64,000 bases of DNA from Candidatus Gastranaerophilales bacterium (GTDB lineage Bacteria > Cyanobacteriota > Vampirovibrionia > Gastranaerophilales > UBA9579): positions 1,367 through 65,366 of the forward strand of contig JAQVCB010000005.1 of the NCBI GenBank assembly GCA_028689995.1, given 5' to 3'. A program made the position numbers and the translations under genes. The notes beneath the pieces were generated by a model. It was given only the letters and a program-made list of their open reading frames with translations. It had not been told where the DNA came from and ran no database searches. Shown one piece after another: positions 58,289 to 64,000 of this stretch; positions within the stretch are counted from its first letter, which is position 1; every line of letters begins with the position of its first letter.

Positions 58289-58986
58289 TATTTACTGCCT
58301 CCATTTGTTTTATGCCTGTACTCCGGAAATAATAAATCCATACCCCAGCTTAATACTTTGTTTGTCATTGGTATATCAATCAATAATCCTGCAATAAAAG
58401 CAGATCCTACAGAAATAACATTACCTGATTCTTTCAAGAATCTATCCAAATCTTTTGTTTTTTCACCTTCAAACTTAAAAGCATCAAAACTACCGCCCTG
58501 TTTTACGTGTTTCCTAACTGCTCCAATCCAGTTATCCAATTTATCGGAATATCCTTTAAATCTCTTTGCAGAACTTTCATATACATTACGATTGTTATCA
58601 TTTAAATCCACTTTATTTTGAAAATAAGTTCTTCTCATTTCAAAAAATTTCTTAAGCTCTTTTACAACAGCAGAATTATCTTTATTTAACCATTTAAAAG
58701 CGATTTTCTTACCATATTTAATTGCCAGAAACCTTACCAGACAACCCTCTGTTGTACCGACAATTATTTTTGCAGCAGTTCTCACTGCTGAATAATGCCT
58801 GGTTTCCTGATCAACATTTTTATTATAATAATCAAAGAAAGGCTGTGAACTTATGGAAGCAATTCCAAGCACCAACCGCTGATGCCACGTGTTGAAATTT
58901 TCGTTAAACTTTACAACATGTCTAACTTTCTTCTCATCAAGCATACGACGCTCAAAGCTATTTTTTATAAAAGCTTTAATTTGCAT
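58288..58986 (-). CDS. hypothetical membrane protein (distant paralogue of 57656..58288)
   Basis: 232 aa. Shares the layout helix - NK(D/N)(I/V) - A..II..T - KG(R/K)(R/K)(L/I)A with its neighbour. Confidence 0.45.
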   Translation of the reverse strand: MQIKAFIKNSFERRMLDEKKVRHVVKFNENFNTWHQRLVLGIASISSQPFFDYYNKNVDQETRHYSAVRTAAKIIVGTTEGCLVRFLAIKYGKKIAFKWLNKDNSAVVKELKKFFEMRRTYFQNKVDLNDNNRNVYESSAKRFKGYSDKLDNWIGAVRKHVKQGGSFDAFKFEGEKTKDLDRFLKESGNVISVGSAFIAGLLIDIPMTNKVLSWGMDLLFPEYRHKTNGGSK

Positions 58987-59170
58987 TTAGGATAGCTCTC
59001 TTGGTTTCTCTTCTTCTCAATTTGATTAAGTAAACAGGACAAAAGAAATTGCTATATTTGCTTTAAAAAATTAAACAATGTTTACATTTGTTAGCAAACA
59101 TTACATTCCAAGTTAATAGACAAATATATTGAAATAATCAATAAATATAAAGCTAAAAGTATAAATATTG

Positions 59171-59530
59171 TTATTGTTTGTTACTGTCAATATCACTCTG
59201 TTTTAAAAAACCAATAATTCCATGTGCGGCGCTTCTTTGCATCTTTGTCGGAGCCTGTCTTAAAAGTTCAATTGATTCGGATAAAACCGGATCAAGGTCA
59301 TACCAGCGTCTTCTAAAAATATTATTATGTTCATGGAAGAACCATTCAACGGGTTTGTTATAAAAATCAGCTAACTTTAAAAGCTCAAAAACATCTACCT
59401 TCCTTGTACCTGCCTCCATAACCGATACTGCCGAAATAGGAAGATTCAAATGCCTTGCAACATCTTCCTGCTTCAATCCAGCCTCAATTCTGGCTCTTTT
59501 TAATTTCTGACAGAATTTTTTTCTATCCAT
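59171..59530 (-). CDS. XRE-family HTH regulator
   Basis: LKRARIEAGLKQEDVARHLNLPISAVSVMEAG. The C-terminal NKPVEWFF resembles island gene 12592..12975. Confidence 0.7.
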   Translation of the reverse strand: MDRKKFCQKLKRARIEAGLKQEDVARHLNLPISAVSVMEAGTRKVDVFELLKLADFYNKPVEWFFHEHNNIFRRRWYDLDPVLSESIELLRQAPTKMQRSAAHGIIGFLKQSDIDSNKQ

Positions 59531-59634
59531 GATCTTTCCTTGTAAATTAAATTCAATTATATTAATAGTATAAAATATTTTTCTGAAAATCGAAAATGTT
59601 TTTCCTTTTACTGTTACAAAAGGTCATTTACAAT

Positions 59635-60207
59635 ATGAATAAAAATCCTGCATCTCAATCAAAAAAAGCTTTAAGAGATAATGCAAAAAATCTCAGAACT
59701 AATCTTGATATGGCTGATATTAGCTGTAAAATATTACAAAATATTAAAAAGCAGGATTTTTATTCCGATGCAAAGCATATATTGAGTTTTTATCCGTTCA
59801 ATAATGAAGTCGATTTAAGAGGGCTTTATAAAGACAGCTCTAAAAACTGGTATTTGCCAAGAGTTGAGATGAATCATAAAAGCCTCATTATTCATGGATA
59901 CAGAAATGGGGACACCCTGGTAAAAAATAAATGGGGAGTATATGAACCCTGCTGTGATCTTAAAGAAACAGATATTAAACAATTTAACATGATTATAATT
60001 CCTGCTCTTATGGCTGATAAAAATGGTCATAGACTTGGATACGGTGCAGGATTTTATGACAGATTCATTCCCGGATTGAATAAAGAATGTCTAAAAATTG
60101 TACCTGTTCCTGATAAATTGTTTGTCGACTCTCTGCCTTTTGATCACTGGGATATACCGGTAAATATTGTTGTAACCGAAAAAAATATATATCGCTTGAC
60201 GAACTGA
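59635..60207 (+). CDS. 5-formyltetrahydrofolate cyclo-ligase
   Basis: ILSFYPFNNEVDL...WYLPRV...GYGAGFYDRF. Start trimmed to ATG 59635. Confidence 0.8.
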   Translation: MNKNPASQSKKALRDNAKNLRTNLDMADISCKILQNIKKQDFYSDAKHILSFYPFNNEVDLRGLYKDSSKNWYLPRVEMNHKSLIIHGYRNGDTLVKNKWGVYEPCCDLKETDIKQFNMIIIPALMADKNGHRLGYGAGFYDRFIPGLNKECLKIVPVPDKLFVDSLPFDHWDIPVNIVVTEKNIYRLTN

Positions 60208-60260
60208 TTCATGCGTGGTAATTTACTTGTACTATGTATTGGTTCGATATGAACGATTGA

Positions 60261-60336
<76 letters not shown>

Positions 60337-60337
60337 T

Positions 60338-60374
60338 AAAGTCGCTATCCTGGAGATCAGCGACTTTATTATTT
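60338..60374 (+). terminator. terminator after tRNA-Val
   Basis: AAAGTCGCT / AGCGACTTT 9-bp stem followed by ATTATTT. Confidence 0.6.
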
Positions 60375-60485
60375 GGGAACTTCCCGCATACATTGGGACT
60401 TGCTAAAGTCGTTTTAAAAAGAAAATAATAAAGAGAGTTTTTTAAGAATTTTTTGTTGCCATTTTTCCACTTAAATGAGAACTGA

Positions 60486-60629
60486 TTTTTAAGTTTAAAT
60501 CATGCAAAGAAGTTGATTGAAAAATGGAGAATCGATTACAATATTCAAAGACCTCATAGTTCTTTGAATAATTTAACTCCAGAAGAGTACACTAAATGTT
60601 GGGAGAACACTAAGAACGAGTTTGGTTAA
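60486..60629 (+). pseudogene. C-terminal remnant of an rve-type (IS3/IS481-like) transposase
   Basis: Reads ...[42 protein letters not shown]. The YN..RPH..L...TP.E pattern is the end of the integrase core domain. Confidence 0.6.
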
Positions 60630-60745
60630 AGCCTTCAACGCCTTGCCAAGCAAGCCGTTTCGGCTTTAGCCAGCACTCCCGCTTCGCACGAGCCTTTTAC
60701 AGTTATAATTGGATTTTACTGTTTATAACCAGACAGGCTCTAAGT
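60611..60745 (+). repeat. GC-rich dispersed repeat, copy b (core CTCCCGCTTCGC at 60676-60687)
   Basis: Begins TAAGAACGAGTT inside the last codons of the transposase remnant. Limits approximate. Confidence 0.65.
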
Positions 60746-60815
60746 TAAAACTGAGTACCATGTAGGGGGCAGGTCATCAGGAACAACAAGTTCAAGAGGA
60801 AATAAAATTAACAAG

Positions 60816-62489
60816 TTGAAAGAATTATCTAGCTTAAAAATCACAAGAATATTAATATTAACAGCAATAATTTTATTTGGATTTTATCTGCGTTGCATTG
60901 GAATAATAAAACCAGACGGACTTTGGAATGATGAAATGTACAGTGTGCTTAACGCAAGATTATCTTTTCCGTTTGGTATTTTAAACAATATCTATCAAGT
61001 TGATATTCATCCTCCTTTATATTTTTTCTTACTACATTTTTGGATGAAAATATTTGGAACAACAGACACAATTTTAAGACTATTTTCTGTCTTTACGGGG
61101 GTATTATGTATTCCTGTTGCTTACTTTGCAGGAAAAAACCTCTTGAATTATAAAACAGGCTTTATTGCTGCTTTATTTATAAGTGTTAATTCTTTCCTTA
61201 TTTACTTTTCACAAGAAGTAAGGCCTTACTCGCTAATTGCTTTTTTAATGCTTTGTTCAGTCTTGTTTCTAACTAGAATAAAAAACAAACCCTCTTTAAA
61301 GAATTATGTTGGCCTTATTCTGTCTAACCTTGGTATTTTATATACAACCTCAACTGGCATAGTAATTATAGGAATACAAGCAATTATTTTCTTTATATAT
61401 TTACTTTCAAGTAATAAAAATCATATAAAATCCTATATTTACTCTCAAATTATAACCGGAGTTCTATTTTTACCTTATTTACCTATACTATTCCATCATA
61501 TTTCAGAAATGAAAAACTATTTAGCCAATCCTTTATTTTTAAAACATACAACAACCTTTTATGTTATTCCTGCAACAATTCAAAGCTGGTTTACCCCTAT
61601 TCTAACTGATATGAAAAATGCGCCCAGCTCTTTTCTTGTTAGATTCAATGATCCATATTACATTTATTTTTTAGTATTTCCAATCATTATAATTTTAATT
61701 GGGGTAGCTAAAAGTCTTTTGAGCAAAGATAATTATCTTAAAGTACTGTTTTTATCCGCTTTATCTTTTTTTATATTTCTTTTTATAAATTCTTATTATG
61801 GTGATGGATGGTTTTGCGTACGTTATACAGTGTCCATTCTTGTTATTCTACTTCTGTGTGCTTCTTACGGTTTAAATAAAATAAAAAATTCCGTAATATC
61901 TTCCTTCCTGGCCAGCTTATTTATTGTAATAAATTTTGTTTTTATAACAAATTATAATGGAGCACCAGAAATAACCAGAGGGCAAAACTTTAACAAAGTA
62001 GCAGAATTTATAATAGAAAACAATTTTAACTATAACGATTATATTTTTATGCCTCAAGGCGGTTATATTTTAAACAGATATGATATAAACAAAACAAATA
62101 TTATTAATTTTGACATGAATACATGTGACAATCACATGTCAAGGGTTTTAGAAAATACTCTTGGCAAAAACTTAGCCCAAACATTATCAGATAAAAAAAA
62201 GTTACTAAATTTTCTTAAATCTTCCAAACAAAAAGAAGTTCTACCAGTTTTTGATGCTTATATAACAAATATTTTTAATAATATCAAACCAAATCATTAT
62301 TTTATAATTATTAGTGGTAATGTAACTAAATCAAATCTTCAACAACTTGGTGAAAAAGATCTTTATACTATCCTATATTTAAAAATTTTTCAGGATATTA
62401 ACGTAATTTCTAACAAAAAATTAAAATTAAAAAAATATACTAACATTGGAAACTGGAAAATTTCTGTTTTCCAAAAATCCGAAATTTAA
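60816..62489 (+). CDS. polytopic glycosyltransferase (GT39/ArnT/PMT_2-like)
   Basis: At least 10 hydrophobic helices with an N-terminal GLWNDEMY...DIHPPLYFFLLHFW loop, typical of ArnT-like enzymes. Confidence 0.6.
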   Translation: MKELSSLKITRILILTAIILFGFYLRCIGIIKPDGLWNDEMYSVLNARLSFPFGILNNIYQVDIHPPLYFFLLHFWMKIFGTTDTILRLFSVFTGVLCIPVAYFAGKNLLNYKTGFIAALFISVNSFLIYFSQEVRPYSLIAFLMLCSVLFLTRIKNKPSLKNYVGLILSNLGILYTTSTGIVIIGIQAIIFFIYLLSSNKNHIKSYIYSQIITGVLFLPYLPILFHHISEMKNYLANPLFLKHTTTFYVIPATIQSWFTPILTDMKNAPSSFLVRFNDPYYIYFLVFPIIIILIGVAKSLLSKDNYLKVLFLSALSFFIFLFINSYYGDGWFCVRYTVSILVILLLCASYGLNKIKNSVISSFLASLFIVINFVFITNYNGAPEITRGQNFNKVAEFIIENNFNYNDYIFMPQGGYILNRYDINKTNIINFDMNTCDNHMSRVLENTLGKNLAQTLSDKKKLLNFLKSSKQKEVLPVFDAYITNIFNNIKPNHYFIIISGNVTKSNLQQLGEKDLYTILYLKIFQDINVISNKKLKLKKYTNIGNWKISVFQKSEI

Positions 62490-62574
62490 ATAGAGTTAAA
62501 AAAACTCTTTATCCTTGCAGACATTATCAATTATCTTTGAGACCGCTGCATAACTATAATTTTTGTTAAAAAGT

Positions 62575-62700
62575 TAAAATTTGCGGTCGACCCTTGTAAA
62601 AGCAGTGCGAAGCGGGAGTTCATAAATGGAAATGAAGAATTCTCATTTATGAACTCATTCAGGGCTTTGCCCGGTCGTAGCGGCTGTAGGCTGGATATAA
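62575..62700 (-). repeat. GC-rich dispersed repeat, copy e (inverted; core GCGAAGCGGGAG at 62607-62618)
   Basis: The reverse complement contains AAAGCCCTGAATGAG...CTCCCGCTTCGC, like copy a. Limits approximate. Confidence 0.55.
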
Positions 62701-62751
62701 AAAATATATTTTGGTAGTTATACATCAGTCTTCTTTTATTTTTACTGATTT

Positions 62752-63507
62752 TTATTTCAATAATTTCTGATAAACAGAAATTATTGAAACTCCAAATGGT
62801 AACTGAAAAAATTTTAACAGGTGACTTTCACTTGACATTATTAAAGTTAAAATATAATTTACAATTTTTGAGGCTGCATTTAAATCATCCTCTTTTGATA
62901 ATAAACCTAATTTTTTTATAAAACGTATACAAACTATAAGCGGAAATAAAATAAAGTTATAATAACTACAATATCTTTTTTCAAAGCCGCAATTTAATAA
63001 TATTTTATTTAACTCGCCAAGTTTATATCTTCTTTTATGATGATGTGATTCATCATGTGAACTCCACAAAAAATTAAAGGCAGGAACAGTAATAAGGAGA
63101 TATCCTTCAGGTTTTAATTTCGATTTTAAAGCAATTAAAGCATCTTTATCGTTGTCAATATGTTCTAAAACATCCAGTAAGACAATTAAATCAAATTCAT
63201 TATCATTAAAAGGAATATCAGAGGGTAAACTGCCTTTATATACTTTACAATTATATTTTTGCTCGGCAATTTTAGAAGCATTTTCATCATATTCCATCAT
63301 CGTTATATTTTTACTAAACTTTGATAACATTAAAAAATTACTGCCCGTGCCACACCCGGCATCAAGTATTTTTGATTTGTAATTAAGCCCTTTTATATAT
63401 TTATTTATTATGGTTTCAATAATTTTTCTTTTACTTACAAACCACCAGTGCTTATCTTCAAGATCTGCCATTTTTAAGTAAATTCTGTCTTCCATAATTT
63501 TCCTCAT
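62752..63507 (-). CDS. class I SAM-dependent methyltransferase
   Basis: ILDAGCGTGSN motif I and LLDVLEHI motif. The real start may be a downstream ATG (63495 or 63471). Confidence 0.75.
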   Translation of the reverse strand: MRKIMEDRIYLKMADLEDKHWWFVSKRKIIETIINKYIKGLNYKSKILDAGCGTGSNFLMLSKFSKNITMMEYDENASKIAEQKYNCKVYKGSLPSDIPFNDNEFDLIVLLDVLEHIDNDKDALIALKSKLKPEGYLLITVPAFNFLWSSHDESHHHKRRYKLGELNKILLNCGFEKRYCSYYNFILFPLIVCIRFIKKLGLLSKEDDLNAASKIVNYILTLIMSSESHLLKFFQLPFGVSIISVYQKLLK

Positions 63508-64000
63508 AAAAATTATCTATTTGATTCTCACTGAAACCAAATTTACTTTTAATAAGATATAATGGTCTGTTTTTTGATTCGTTATATATTCTGCCGATAT
63601 ATTCGCCAATAGCACCAAGTGATATTAATTGAATTCCACCTAAAAATAGAATTGAAATCATTAAAGAAGGATAACCCGGTACAGGGTTGCCTTTAACCAG
63701 GGTAAGAATTGTAATATAAATGCCGTAAAATATTGCAAAAAGAGCTACCAGTAAGCCAACATAACTTGAAATCTGCAAAGGTATAAAGCTAAAAGATGTA
63801 ATGCCTTCTATGGCAAAATGCAATAATCTCCAGTAATTAAAACTACTTTTTCCTGCATATCTAGGATCTCTTGAATAAACAATTCCTGTTTGTTTAAAAC
63901 CAACCCAACTAAATAGACCTTTCATAAATCTGTGTTGTTCACGCAATTGCCTCATTGCTTCAATAACTTGCTTTGACATAAGTCGAAAATCACCTGTATC
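63458..64000 (-). CDS. family 2 glycosyltransferase (ArnC/GtrB-like), 5'-truncated by window edge
   Basis: The frame stays open to position 64000 (DTGDFRLMSKQV...). It has two C-terminal TM helices. Confidence 0.7.
   Translation of the reverse strand, partial: DTGDFRLMSKQVIEAMRQLREQHRFMKGLFSWVGFKQTGIVYSRDPRYAGKSSFNYWRLLHFAIEGITSFSFIPLQISSYVGLLVALFAIFYGIYITILTLVKGNPVPGYPSLMISILFLGGIQLISLGAIGEYIGRIYNESKNRPLYLIKSKFGFSENQIDNFYEENYGRQNLLKNGRS

Overview
Visibly AT-rich bacterial chromosome segment in three parts. (i) 1-2.6 kb is host flank (DUF2075-type ATPase, DUF305-like protein). (ii) 2.6-38.2 kb is an accessory region of two integrative elements in tandem, inserted in the initiator tRNA-fMet gene. 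The intact tRNA is at 38155-38231 on the minus strand, and three direct copies of the tRNA 3' end delimit the elements (2583-2629, 15333-15379, 38121-38199). Element A (~12.7 kb) carries a Type III R-M (mod/res), a HEPN/MNT pair, a tyrosine-recombinase operon with a ParB-like protein, and a large serine recombinase. Element B (~22.8 kb) carries an XRE / PD-(D/E)XK-like / beta-CASP nuclease module, a P4-type primase-helicase, a 0.94-kb non-coding ori-like region, ArdC, Xis-Int and a WYL regulator. Behind the WYL gene lies a 4-kb cargo cassette (HNH-NUMOD4, orphan REC, unknown, WG-repeat, membrane protein, DnaA-domain-III-only ATPase) bracketed by a duplicated WYL 3' end. Element B ends with a GNAT, a DUF6119/TIGR04141-like protein and a fused R-M-S Type IIG enzyme. 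(iii) 38.2-64 kb is housekeeping (smc-scpA-scpB, tsaE-tsaB, IMPase, queD, 5-FTHF cyclo-ligase, tRNA-Val, TPR proteins, glycosyltransferases), with IS remnants and at least three families of short dispersed repeats. No rRNA gene and no CRISPR array was seen. The best candidates for something undescribed are the WYL-flanked cargo cassette (27.9-31.9 kb), the XRE/nuclease/beta-CASP module (15.5-18.2 kb) and the DUF6119-like + Type IIG pair (33.5-38.1 kb). All functional calls are motif recognition by eye; none was checked against a database.
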